A stretch of DNA of 62,352 nt, filler included, from Circinaria calcarea (lineage: Eukaryota), in assembly GCA_051942165.1 (NCBI GenBank). It is 24 parts of 24 records of this genome, joined end to end, with 100 filler letters (N's around TTAATTAATTAA, not from the genome) between each part and the next. Parts side by side here need not be neighbours in the genome. Positions count along the whole stretch, not along the records: positions 49,507 to 51,999 come from JAVECS010003492.1; positions 52,100 to 54,590 come from JAVECS010003493.1; positions 54,691 to 57,179 come from JAVECS010003494.1; positions 57,280 to 59,766 come from JAVECS010003495.1; positions 59,867 to 62,352 come from JAVECS010003496.1; 19 more parts are not named here. The stretch is one strand, 5' to 3'. The notes beneath the pieces were generated by a model. The model worked only from the letters and a program-made list of their open reading frames with translations, had not been told where the DNA came from and ran no database searches. This document shows, piece after piece, positions 49,801 to 61,631 of the stretch; position 1 is the stretch's first letter; the number at the start of each line of letters is the position of its first letter. Made by a program: the position numbers and the translations under genes.

Positions 49801-51764
49801 TTTCTAGTGAAGGAAGAGGCTTTAAGAAGCCTAGGCTGAAGTGATGGTGATGACAGCTCTCCAAGGGTCTGGCTTGAAGGAGCAAGAGCAGGCCCAAAAA
49901 AACGGACGCGAACGGCAGGATAGTGGATGTTACCGTGGGCCGTAGACTGATATGGACGTGATGGCTCCGAACTTGTAGCTATTGTCTGTTCACATAGGCA
50001 TGTATCCAAGTCACAAGATTGAAAATAAGAAATTAAGAAATTGATACTTGAACTGTGCGTGATGAGCCGAAGCCAAAGGGCACAAACGCTTCCGCCTGTT
50101 GTCCTTTCGTGAGCGCTACCATGAGAAATAAAGTTTCCATCTTTCCGTCTCACCCTTATTTCGCATTTTCATCGAGAAGCTGCTTGCTCCCGACACATCT
50201 CACACTAATTGCAGAGGTCTCTCCCCAGACTTCTGGCCAGGTGAAAGCGTGTACACATTATTGGACGACACCCTCGACTCTATATACTACCTGAATCATC
50301 TTCCCCCGCGTTTCTCAGTTTCCCATGTATGTGTCTGTGGTTCTGTCCTTGTCTTTATCAAGCAATCGAGAAGGTAGGGCTGTCTGGTTCTGTTTATGTT
50401 TCAGGTTTTGTCGGTGACTGAATTGGCCGTGTTTCCATCACCATCACGATTCCTAGATGTGGGGTTATTTGTACAAAGTCCAAGTTACGCCTGGCAGCTG
50501 CTAGTGACCCTTTCCAACTCCTTGTCACGCCTTTTCCGTAATTAGCACCCTCGTCCTTGATTTGTAAAATACTTTTATGTAGAGATCACAATACATAAAC
50601 ATCATCCGTTCAATGGTTTCATCTTTACGTCTATATATGAACTTTCCTTTTGATGAACTAAAGTTTTACTCGCTGGCCTTCCGCAGTAGACGATAACTAT
50701 CCGCAGGATCCTGAATCCGGCAGAAGAACCCGGTGTCATATTTTCTTTTAGTACACGCAGTTCCGTCTTCCTCCCTGCTGACAGCGAACACGATCGGTGC
50801 ACTTTCCTCGATTGCATGTAAGATTTCTTTTACTTGAATGGGTGGTGCCAGCAATTTTCTGACACCACCGGTCAATTTAGGGGTTTTCTGGACGACCTTT
50901 TCGGGTTATTCTTGAAAGACATAATTGGTGTATATTGGAAAGACATTGCTGGACCTGATTCGCGTCGAGATGGGAGTAGGTTCAAGCCTTGGGATAGAAC
51001 GTGCACTGTGGAGGAGATGGAACATATTGAGGATAGATTGTGTGGGGGTTGTGTGCGGTTTCTTTGATGTATGATATAACTGCAATGAGCATGGGAGGGT
51101 ATAACCGGTTGTAGAAGAATCTGTAGGCACCTATTTATGATTCTTACTGCAGTCAAAGTTAAAGTCCTTATTTGAAAAAGGACACTGATATTCCATTACT
51201 CCGTATGTAGAGTTTTTTGATGGGGGCTGTTTAACCCTGAATCTTTTCGGAAGCTTACTCTATGGAAAGGGGAAGCAAACAGGGCCGGAGTAGCCTCTAT
51301 CGAGATTTATGATTCTGCATAACTTTACGAAATTACTGGAACACACCAATCTTATTTAAAATCCCTGTACCATGGTAGAGAATAACCCTGGTGTAATTCT
51401 GACCTGAGTGGTCTGTATTTTGCATTTCTGATATTGTCCCGCCCACCATCTGAGATCTTTTCCGGGCTCTGTATACAATTGTATAAAGGTTCCCCTTCTC
51501 TTTAGTTTTATTACCCTTGAAAAAACAGCGTTCTCATACGACTGCCGAGGCTCGAAATCACGATACTGTCATACTGTTATTTGCCGAGGAGCAATCCTGG
51601 CTTCCCCACGTACAAGACTTAGTCTCATCGCGAGACACCTCGAACAGAGACCAATCCTCGAGCTAAACACCCCCTTCTCCACCGAAAGACTCTCCAAACC
51701 GCAGGACGATATCCCCTACACACCTAGAATAAGGTCTCCTCCAAAGTCAGCATTAGACGCAAGG

Positions 51765-51999
51765 ATGTCCAGCCAACCAAATCACCCCGCCCTCCTCATT
51801 CCAGGTCCAATTGAATTCGATGATGCCGTGCTACAGTCCATGAGCCACTATAGGTCGGTAACTGTACATTTCTACACTATTTGCGACCTGGCTCATCCCA
51901 CCATAGTGAGAGTCATGTCGGTGCCCCCTTCGTCGCTACCTTTGGCGAAACCCTCTCTATGCTCCGTAAACTCTTCCAGACAACAGACCCGGCATCCCA
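51765..51999 (+). CDS. AGX1: Alanine-glyoxylate aminotransferase (class V PLP), N-terminal part; intron 51854-51906
   Basis: MSSQPNHPALLIPGPIEFDDAVLQSMSHY|SESHVGAPFVATFGETLSMLRKLFQTTDP. Confidence 0.88.
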
Positions 52000-52626
52000 N
52001 NNNNNNNNNNNNNNNNNNNNNNNNNNNNNNNNNNNNNNNNNNNTTAATTAATTAANNNNNNNNNNNNNNNNNNNNNNNNNNNNNNNNNNNNNNNNNNNNC
52101 TCTTGAACTTACCCCTAACCTCAGAAATCCCCCCCCCACAAAACCTCAATCTCTCAAGATTCTGCCCGGAGCCACAGCAGTGAGTCATGAACACCCAAGC
52201 ACCACTATTGAAAATGTCGAAACCTGAAACGGGACTGCGGGAGACACTTGCGGGAGATAGGAATGGGGGTTGAGGACTGGTGTTCTAACCCTTTTTCGTA
52301 ATGAAGTTTGAGTACGTACTTCTTTCACAATTTATATGAAATAGACATTAACAACGAGCTCATGGCTTTTGCATTTAATATTCGTATTAACGCATTATCT
52401 GTTAAGGAGCATATACTCAAAAGAGTTGCCACCAATGACGCATCTCAGCTGCACTAATACGTAGGAAGCGTCTTGTATTCTTATGTTGAGTCCTATTAAC
52501 TTAGGTTGGTTTCAAAGTTTTTTGGCATTTACCTGCTGAAGCCGGATACGACTTAGCCGAAGCAGGTCAGACTGTGACATTCAATTTACTCCCTCATGTT
52601 GCCATCAGAGATCAAAACCTGCGAAT

Positions 52627-53167
52627 ATGGCTGGACGACCTCAGCCACTGCCATCTCTAGAATTAGATCTACATGAAACCATTAAGCTGTGGTCTTCCGA
52701 ATCGCACACAAGCATTTCGCAACCAGCGACTCGATGTCAACTCGACAAACTATAGAAGTGACGTTCTCACACCAAATGGAGTTTACATCTATAATCAGTC
52801 CAACCCTCTACCCCTAGAGAGAACTGACGAAGTAGAACATGTCATTTTCCCTCCTCGCAGTTCACCCGAGATTTCGAATACCAAGGCTACTGAGATCTGT
52901 ACTGCGATCATGAATTTAGAAGATGAGGGCGAGTAGAAGGTTTCACGTGTGATTGGGTCCATGTTCGACCTCCTGCCCGAAGTCAATAGAACCACTACAG
53001 CCCTTGCGCGCACCGATCAGCTCTCCTTCGCTAGCAAATCAATATTACCGATGGCCGCTATCCCAAAAGAGTTGGTAAGTAATTTTGAACAGACAAGAAT
53101 TCGCCAAGAAGAAGAGCAATATTTAAAAGATTACCCCATCGACGAAAAAGCCTTTCCTAAAGCGTAA
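52627..53167 (+). pseudogene. Disrupted fungal hypothetical gene
   Basis: ORFs 52673-52936 and 52949-53167 are in the same frame, separated by one TAG at 52934-52936. The upstream ATG at 52627 is in another frame. The region lies next to a hAT element. Confidence 0.5.
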
Positions 53168-53430
53168 CTTCCGCAAGAAATGATATTAGGCGTCAATCAA
53201 ACTGTCAAACAGATAGCACCGATTCGGTTGAGCGGCGTAAATCGTGGGAGAATACCTCATGCCTCACGGTATTCTTGCTGCTTCCTAACTACGTTCCATA
53301 AAAAACGATAAAGTTTTAGATTGATAGCTGACTGGTGCTTTGCTCCAGGAAACTATCGTTAATAAAAAAAAAAAAAAGCTCCTTAATAAGACAGCATCAA
53401 AAGCCAATTTTAACCTTACCAACCTAATAA

Positions 53431-53520
53431 CATCCACAACTGGTGGCATCCACAACTAGTGGCATCCATAACTAGTGGCATCCACAACTGGTAGCATTCA
53501 CAACTAGTGGTATCCACAAC
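53431..53520. repeat. 16-bp minisatellite (catccacaactrgtgg), about 5.6 copies, interrupted by the hAT element
   Basis: catccacaactggtgg / catccacaactagtgg / catccataactagtgg / catccacaactggtag / cattcacaactagtgg / tatccacaac, with a degenerate continuation at 54563-54590. Confidence 0.92.
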
Positions 53521-54562
53521 CAGCGCTGCTAGTAGTCCCAACAGTCCAGTCCATCTTCTGGACCGTGACTGGACTATTGGGACTGCCAAAACTTATATAG
53601 AAATAACGTAGTGAGCTTCAAATAAACAGATATACTATATAATTAATGCCCCCTCTTGCCAATCATAATATTTATGACGCGTCTTATATTCCTCCGCCCC
53701 TTATAGCACTCTAGTCTTCCGCTCCACCCCTTAATACCATTATAGATCCACCTTTTGCTATTCGTAAACCTCTTCTAGGCTGGTTGAAGCGGCGTAGGAA
53801 GAGATATCGATAAGATACGCGAGTCCTATAATAATATAAAGGTTAATATATTCTCTTCACCTAATACTTCAACCATGATTTTATGCTCGCGTTTCAATTG
53901 CCTCATGATCGTATTCGTGCCATTAAATACTAGTAATTCGGTGTTCCTCTTCTTCTTTTCGAAACATGCTTGGCACTTCCATACTGGCTTGCCTTTTGCG
54001 TTGAGGAGAGGTTCATCTACCGGCTTAGACACGTAATATTGCCATACATTAGACGTGAGTTTTCGACGGATGCCGGAAGAGACACTAGCTAAACGAGAAT
54101 CTGGAGGAATATTTAAATGGGCCGTTTGAGAGGTTGTAATCGACTCGGTGAAATCAGTAGGGCTACTAATAGAAGACATGGTAACGCGTAGGTAGTGGTG
54201 GTAGTAGTATATAGTAGAATAGTGGGAAAAATCATAAAAATTTTAAGCTATCGGGGATAATTACTGCGTTAAAAGTAGTATTTTATTATCACGAGCTTTT
54301 TGGTGTGGTGTTTTAATAAATTACACGACGTGTTATTAATTTATGCCTCATTAAGCCTAGTTTTTAATCTCAAACGCCCGGAAAATCTAAAATCCGAGAA
54401 TTCCCCACTTACTTCATGCATCTAAATTTCTATTAAAATTATTTAATCCACCCCCCCTGGACCGTGACTGGCAGTCCAATCCACCCCCCCCCGGACTATA
54501 ATTAATAGTGCGGATTATTAATTAATAATCTAATCCGGATTTCCGGACTATTAACGGCGCTG
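53521..54562 (-). mobile_element. Internally deleted hAT transposon, 1042 bp, same family as 6953-7465
   Basis: TIRs cagcgctgctagtagtcc / ggactattaacggcgctg (15/18 match). TSD tccacaac / tccacaat. It shares an internal block with the MITE in opposite orientation (27 nt identical: 7238-7264 vs 54287-54313) and carries a BED-finger ORF. Confidence 0.88.
53826..54179 (-). pseudogene. hAT transposase N-terminal remnant (BED zinc finger-like)
   Basis: RRKLTSNVWQYY...WKCQAC...GTNTIMRQLKREHKI fits the BED pattern SxVWxxF/Y...CxxC...GTxx(L/I)xxHLxxxH with the first His replaced by Gln. No catalytic or dimerisation domain follows. Confidence 0.72.
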
Positions 54563-55634
54563 TCCACAATTAATAGTATTTATAATTAATNNNNNNNNNN
54601 NNNNNNNNNNNNNNNNNNNNNNNNNNNNNNNNNNTTAATTAATTAANNNNNNNNNNNNNNNNNNNNNNNNNNNNNNNNNNNNNNNNNNNNCTCCCTCCCT
54701 CCCTCCTCAAGCCTCTGCCACAGCTGTCATTTTTCATCCCAGTTTTCTTCAACCCCCGTCGCACTCACCCTCACACCTAACCATCCTGCCACAGCGCCCC
54801 ATAAGCTGCGCAGGAACCCCCTCTACCACCATTTACCGTCGCGGTGGCGTACCCTGGCTCGAGCCCCGGGGATGGGTACTGCGCTTGATGGCTCCCGTTT
54901 GCCCCTTCCCCCCCCCTTTCTTGGTATTGTTGCGAATGCTCGGATGGTGCAAGGGTCCACCCACAAATTCAGCAAAGGCCTGGCCTCGGTTTGGGTGAGG
55001 TGAGAATTTGCCCGGTTGTTGCTCTCAAAAGAGATGAAGGCTGTGGAGTTAGGGGGAGGTTTCCTAGATTGTTTTTTTGGGACCGTGCTCGCCGCTAACA
55101 TGTTCGCCTCTGATTTGTATTTTTTTTGTTTTATGCGCTTTTCTCTTTGTTGTTCATCCACCAGCTCCATCCACTGTAGTTATGAGCTTTTCTGAGCCCC
55201 GCCGCCAAATAAAACTTTGATGGCCCCTGCAAGATCGACTGGCTTTTCCACTCTTCTCACGTCATTCCGTGACATGATATACAGGGCCTGGTTGAGGAGG
55301 CGTTCCAGGGGACGTTTTGGGACGCGTTAAGCGCTGCCTTATCTAATAGCGGAACTTCAACCCCTAGTCACCAATCCTTGCGGTAAGCGTCTAAAAACAT
55401 CGTGCATGCTTTCTGATAATTGATGACCGGAGCCCAGAGGGACAGAACCGAGAGATTACCAAGGTGTTCTCAGCTCCAACTAACCATCTACTACAATTCG
55501 AGTGACCTCTTCTTAATCTTTACTTAAATAGATGTAGGTTCATGTGTGGGGGCTTTGCCCACTGTACATAAGAGAGCGGTCAATTAAATCCAAGCAATCC
55601 AGAAGTCAGAGCCATCTACGCATTTCCTCTCCAC

Positions 55635-57179
55635 ATGGCTAGTTTTGTATGCATTCCGCAAGAGCTGTTGGGATTGGTCTGCGTTGAGATCCAAAGCAAC
55701 GGTTCTAGACAAAGAGACCTCGCCGCTCTTTTAGCTACCTGCCAGTACTTCCGGAAAGGCGTAGAGCCGTACCTCTACGAAGAGATCAAATGGATTAGGG
55801 AAGATGGATCGGCGCCCCCTATATATTTACTCGTTCGCACCATCTTGAAGCGGAAAGAGCTTGCAGCATATATCCAGCGCATACATCTTCGCGGTTGGCA
55901 TAGAACAAGGACCCCGCGTGCTGCAATTGAATCAAGCTTCGACCAGGAAGAGCATCATCTCCTCCACTCGCGACGTCTGACACTGCGCTGGGACTACGGA
56001 GGACCCTGGGCGCAAGGCTACGAGTTTGGCAAGACCGATTTCTTTGCCGCCATCCTCCTATCGCACTGCCCCAACCTGCAATCTCTGAGTCTCGACTTCC
56101 ACTACGGGGCCAGCCAAAGTCTTGTTGGGACCGTTCTGCTCGCCCAGAAGCATCGCGGGCAAGACCGGCCGCAAGGCTGGGGCTTTGAACGTTTCTCGAA
56201 CCTGAAAGCGGTGGAATTCATCAATCAGTCCGTGCCAGAAGACTTGGTGGAGATATTCCACGAGGCGACCATCGACGTAAATCATCTTTGGGCACCCTTT
56301 GCCCTACCCTCCGTGCAACGTATCAAGGCCACAAACGTTGCTCGAACTGCACTGGAATGGCCCCTGCGGCCTAATCTCCAGTCCGATTCCTTGACCTCAT
56401 TAATCCTAGAGGGAGCCCGTTGTGGAGAAAGGGAATTGGAACGTCTGGCCTCGACGTGCAAAAGCCTCCGGGAGCTTGTCTGGGACCGACGATGCGACTG
56501 CAACGATGGCGAAAGCTGCCAACCCGATTGCCTCGCGCTTTACGAAGCCCTCTTACATGTTAGGCAGACGATCGAATCGATTAAGATCTGTATGGAATTT
56601 TATACAACGGCATCTATCGACATGAGTCGCCCTGGACCCTGGACCCTTCAGGGCCGATTGGCCTCACTTCAATCTTTTCCTAAATTGGCTCATCTCCACG
56701 TTCCCTTTGCTGTTTTATATGGCTGGCACGGTCGAGATGTGCCAGAGCTGGCCGATGTTCTCCCATCGCATTTGCTTACATTGGTGCTTACCAGCGATAC
56801 ATACGAGATGCCCCAGAACCATCTGTTTATTCGCCTGCCTCTCAACCGACTGATCAAGTATGTCCATCACCGGAGCGTGGCTACGCGCTCAGACCGCGAC
56901 AAGGGTACTCTCCCCGACAATCATGCCTTGAGACTGACCGGATGCTCTTTCCCGGACACTCCAACCCCGACATCTCGTCCCAGCATGCTCGGCGCCATTT
57001 CACCCGCTCCCCAATCCCTGTTCGAGCTCCAGACACTCAGCCTGCACGTAAAAGCCCATGAATGGGTACGCGTCGCCGAGGAAATCGGCTTGGAAGCCAT
57101 CTGTAGTAGTGTCGGAATTCCTTGTCAAGTTATTCAGCCCGAGGAATGTCGAAATTGGTACGCGAGATGTTACCACGAG
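55635..57179 (+). CDS. F-box/LRR-like fungal hypothetical protein (3'-partial)
   Basis: ORF of about 515 aa. The N-terminus IPQELLGLVC...DLAALLATCQYFRKGVEPYLYEEI...LLVRTILKRKELAAYI is followed by LxxLxL repeats (CPNLQSLSL, LTSLIL, FPKLAHLHV, LPSHLLTLVL). Confidence 0.8.
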
Positions 57180-57279
57180 NNNNNNNNNNNNNNNNNNNNN
57201 NNNNNNNNNNNNNNNNNNNNNNNTTAATTAATTAANNNNNNNNNNNNNNNNNNNNNNNNNNNNNNNNNNNNNNNNNNNN

Positions 57280-57520
57280 AGCGAGCTTTGATGAGGTAGA
57301 GAAGGAGTTGGGGGACAAGAAACATCTGAATACGGTTTATTTCGAGATGAATCCGATGCAACTAGCGAACAAGGTATTGTATCGAAACAAGGTTCGCCTG
57401 GCATTGCCGCAGGTGCAACAAATTGACGCTAGTGAGTCTCCTTTCCCGCAGCGCTCTCTGTCGGCTTGCTTTAGGCAGATGTACTGACATTGACGAACAG
57501 CATTCGTACGAGTATCATAG
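57280..57520 (+). CDS. C-terminal fragment of an unidentified protein; intron 57432-57500
   Basis: Open frame ASFDEVEKELGDKKHLNTVYFEMNPMQLANKVLYRNKVRLALPQVQQIDA, then a canonical gtgagt...ctgac...cag intron giving TFVRVS*. Confidence 0.55.
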
Positions 57521-58928
57521 GCCGTCCGGGATGCCGGTGAGTTTCCGCAGGGTCTACACATTGGCAGAATCTAGCATATCTGGCGTTATATCACCCGTTG
57601 TTCCACCAAGGCATGTGGTTGGAATGACCGGCATTGATGGTCATACCGGAGGAAAGGCCTACCAGAACAATTTTTATTGTAACAAAGGACGCCATGATTG
57701 CTTCTACCACTTAGAAATTAAGCCTATGCAGTACTTTCGTGTCAAGGAGCGAACCCCATCATCACCTCCCCCACGTGCGCACCTCCATCTCCGATCATTG
57801 GCTGAGTAGTACGCGGGGCGTATCCGTATATCAGACACGCGAGATCAGGGGAGATTCTCGCCGAGCTCTAGGGGGAAAAAAAAAAAAAAAAAGGGAGCTC
57901 AGTTTGCTGCTTTCGAAAGACTCGGGGCAGCAAGTCCGCCCTCCCCTTTCTCTTCAATCATCTCGAACCGAACTTCGACATCTCTCCCCCTTTTCCCTTT
58001 CCCTTTCCCCATCCCTATCCCTTGTATCCCTTCCATCACAACCCACCCCACTTGCTCACCAACCAACCAACGGACCTGCCCCAGATGATGACGCAGTCGC
58101 GGCTTTGCGTGAGGCTTGGCTGGCTGGCAAGGGATGATGATGGGGAAAGGGAAAGGGAAAGACGAGACGGGGGTTGGAGAGGGAGTTTGGAGAGGGAGCT
58201 TGGTATGGAAGGGAAGGGACGAATGGGAGGGGCGAGGGATAGGGATGGGACGTGGGTTTAGCTAAGGGTTAGAGATCGGAGCTAACTATGAGACTACTTC
58301 GTCATGGATTAATTTTACGATTGGGGGATCTGGACTATAGGGTATTAATATGGAGGATGGAAATTCAAAGCCGAGTCAAGGTTATTGAGCGGAAAAGGGG
58401 TAGCTTGAAGGTGGGAAAAGCCAGGTTGACCGTCCACAAAGGACCAACCCTTTTCTATTTCATGCTTGCAGACGGAAATTTGTTGCGTAATGCTGTAAGC
58501 ATTCTTTTATGTTTAGCAAGTTGCCTAAATGAAAAGATTTTCCTTCTTCGTAGCGCCCTTCCCACATCTCATTCTAAGATCAGAAAGGCAGCCTCCATAA
58601 CCCCTAATCGAATTAACCATCCCCATTGTTGTTCCGGGTTACCATGTACCAATTCGAGCCTCCTAATAACGTTTCCGCAGCGAAGGCATCGTCCCTTACT
58701 TTCGATTCACCTTGATAGTCTTCTTCTCCGCCTTCTTCTCGTCCACATCGCTAAAGACCAACTCCGAATGCTCGCATCCGCCTCTAGGTTACTCATCACT
58801 AGGATTTCAAAAGGGGCCTCAAGATATTGAGCTTGCTGATCGCGGTTGTGGGAGTAGAGTTTACTGCAAGGGCGATAACTTCGGCGATTTCTTAGTATAC
58901 CGAAGGCAAGCTTGGTTGTAAGGGACTA

Positions 58929-59766
58929 CTATAACTCATGCCGTGGCGCGTCGGCTTGAGTTAATTCATAATAGGTAGTGTCAAGCTCCCCTACCGGGGC
59001 CTCCGCATGCTCATGCACTTCAGGCCTGTGTGATGGCAGATCTCCAGCCCTCTCACTCTGCAGGCGAATGAGACTGCGCTCCTGTTGTCGGCTCTTTCGG
59101 AAGATGAAGATCGCAAGACTTACGAGGAGAACAATGATGACGGCCATAGGCACACCAACTTTTATTCCTGTCGTCGAATTGTTGTTCTGGCTTGTAAGTT
59201 GCGGTGATGTTGAGCTTGTGGGCGCTATGGTAAAACTTTGCAATGTCGTTTGCGCCTCGGAGCTAGTGGGGCTTAAGGAAGAGGAGCTAGACGTAAGTGT
59301 CGCAGTAGATACTGCTGAGTTGGTCGCCGCCCCTGACTGTTCTGATATATCGACCGTGGAGAATGGGTACGGCGCAAGCGAGGTAGTCAGATTGGTTGTG
59401 CAGCAATTCGGGCCACCCAGACCTTGTCCTGCTGCACCAGCACAGCACCAGCTATTGCCATTGAGCTCGCAACGTGACACTTCGGTGAAACCCTGGAATT
59501 GACCTTTTATGACACTACTTGTAAGCCTGGAAGCCGTGTGAAGGCTCAAGGGGAGGAGAAGTCCACATACCCTCATTGCAGAATGACAGGCAATTTTGGA
59601 AATTTGGGTCTGTGCATGTACCCTATGAGTAAGCGGTGGTTCCATGCTCCCGACAAAGCTCGTTGGATAAGCAGTCCCAAGCTTCTGCCACAGCAGGTAG
59701 ATATGAAGGAGAAGCCACAAGAAATGTCGCCTGATACAGTTCCGTCCCCTCTATAGCAGGTAGTGT
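58929..59766 (-). pseudogene. Cys-rich ectodomain / Ser-Thr stalk / single-TM (Mid2/Wsc-like) membrane protein, apparently disrupted
   Basis: Reconstructed as TCYRGDG...SCG...TCCG [frameshift near 59680] WDCLSNELC...YS*GTCTDPNFQNCLSFCNE|GQ...SWCC...CC, then a Ser/Thr stalk, TM IKVGVPMAVIIVLLVSLAIFIF and E-L tail motifs. In-frame TAG at 59623-59625. Confidence 0.65.
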
Positions 59767-59866
59767 NNNNNNNNNNNNNNNNNNNNNNNNNNNNNNNNNN
59801 NNNNNNNNNNTTAATTAATTAANNNNNNNNNNNNNNNNNNNNNNNNNNNNNNNNNNNNNNNNNNNN

Positions 59867-60007
59867 GTCAGGGGTGGCGTCCGCTGGAGGCCTGCTGCTG
59901 GGGATCGGTAGACTTATGCTGGGCGTCATGGCTGCGCATGGGGCAGGAAGCGTTGAAAGGAGAGAACAGAGGGAGAAGATGAGGACAAGAGGGGAAGTGG
60001 AGTGCAT
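59867..60007 (-). CDS. N-terminus of a probable secreted protein (3'-partial)
   Basis: MHSTSPLVLIFSLCSLLSTLPAPCAA is signal-peptide-like. A TATA-like tataaaa lies on the minus strand near 60157-60163. Confidence 0.5.
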
Positions 60008-61631
60008 GATGTGAGAATGCGTGGGTTGGACCAGAAGTTCGGAGGGGGCAAGTGAGCGATTGGAAACTTTATTAAACTCAAGCCGCAGGAATGATGAGTG
60101 AGATTGCGAAAGCTCGATATGAAAGGAAAATAAGCAAAGGCAGTCAGTCACCTACTCTTTATACAGCACGATCCGCAAAAGCTCTCCCCCAATGAATTAT
60201 CGCTTCGGCCGTTTCAAATGCACCAGCGACCATACCGTCTATTCTTCACAACCGTGTCTTTCTCAAGCAAAATCATCAGTTTCATCTCGACACACATTTT
60301 CCAGCCGATTGCCATCATTCGTCCTCGCGCAAAAGTACGATTCACCGACCATCATTCTACTAAAGTGTGAAGCAATTGTACCAGCCCAAAACTTTCCCAA
60401 ACCCGCCCGAAACAGTTAGTCCGTCTCAGGACTCGATCCAACATAAATAGAGTGGGAACCTCCACATTTTAAAGGGTTGTGCTCATCGCTTATGCTGCTT
60501 GCGACATCCGACTTCAAAAATTCCCGAAAGTGAGGTGCGAGGGGAATTGAAATCCCAGAAAGGATACCCGGGATCTTTAATCGAAGCTGAAGCATGCTCA
60601 AAGACATTCTGGCGCAGCACCGCTCTCGGATCAGTATGATACCATAGCTTGCTGTCCACTAGGTAGGTAGGCCTCGAGGGTAGATAATCCGGGGAGCAAA
60701 CAAACCGTGAGCGGTGACCGGTCGACGAACGGATTTATCGGAAACGGCCCCATTCTCCCGTGTTCCAACTCACGTTTGCTCATAGAATTCCACAAATCAC
60801 GCTGTCAAGAGGGCGTCGCTGAGAGTTTTATTGCAGTGTTCGTTCAAAATCTCCACTTGCCGAGACGAAGCCCCGATTGCTACTCCAGGACAATTCCCCC
60901 CGAGTCGGGGGGAAGCCTTCCCCTATAGACAAGTTTTTTTCCTGGCCTTTTTGCGGATGAAGCCTGGCCTGGCACCTGGATAGAAGGAGGAGGAAAACTA
61001 TATGGGCGGTAGGGTAGATCCATGTCCGCATCAGGTAACCAAAAGCAAGTCAATACCGCAACCACCACAGCCCCCCTCCCCCAGCCGACTACCTACCTTA
61101 CCTTTCCTTATCCCTCCTCCATAAACCCCCCTTAGTAATCATCACCGTTTATCCTAATGAAAAATACACCACCCTCTCTAAGTCGAACGCACGTAGAGAT
61201 TTATATAAAAAAGGAACCCCAGGCCTCGGGTTCCCCGGGGAGGTGGGGAATGTGGGAAGGTTTCCTTGCCGATGCGCATACAACTCCTCACGCAATACTT
61301 GCCCATGCCATGTTTTGGTAAATGGGAAGAGAGAGGCTTACAGTACAGTTTCATACTCTGGCCGAACCGAACCGCTACAAGAAGCTGTGGATACAAGGGC
61401 GGGTAGGCTGATGGGTAATCTTTTGCGAGAAACGGAGTGTTTCGGTGGGCTCTGCTGGATTGGTAGGATATGAGGTTTTCTTGAACATCGTTGCTTGTGG
61501 AAATTAGGTTGGTTAAGGTGGTTGAATGGAATTCTTCTCGTTGGAGACCCCTTAGAAGAGACCGTACAATGCTATGCTATGCTATACTATAATCTCTACG
61601 ATGCGGCCCATTGCGCTACCGGGAGCTGTTT

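Noticed and set aside
58288..58830. 180-aa ATG-initiated ORF
   Set aside because: No recognisable motif and an unconvincing composition; probably a chance ORF.
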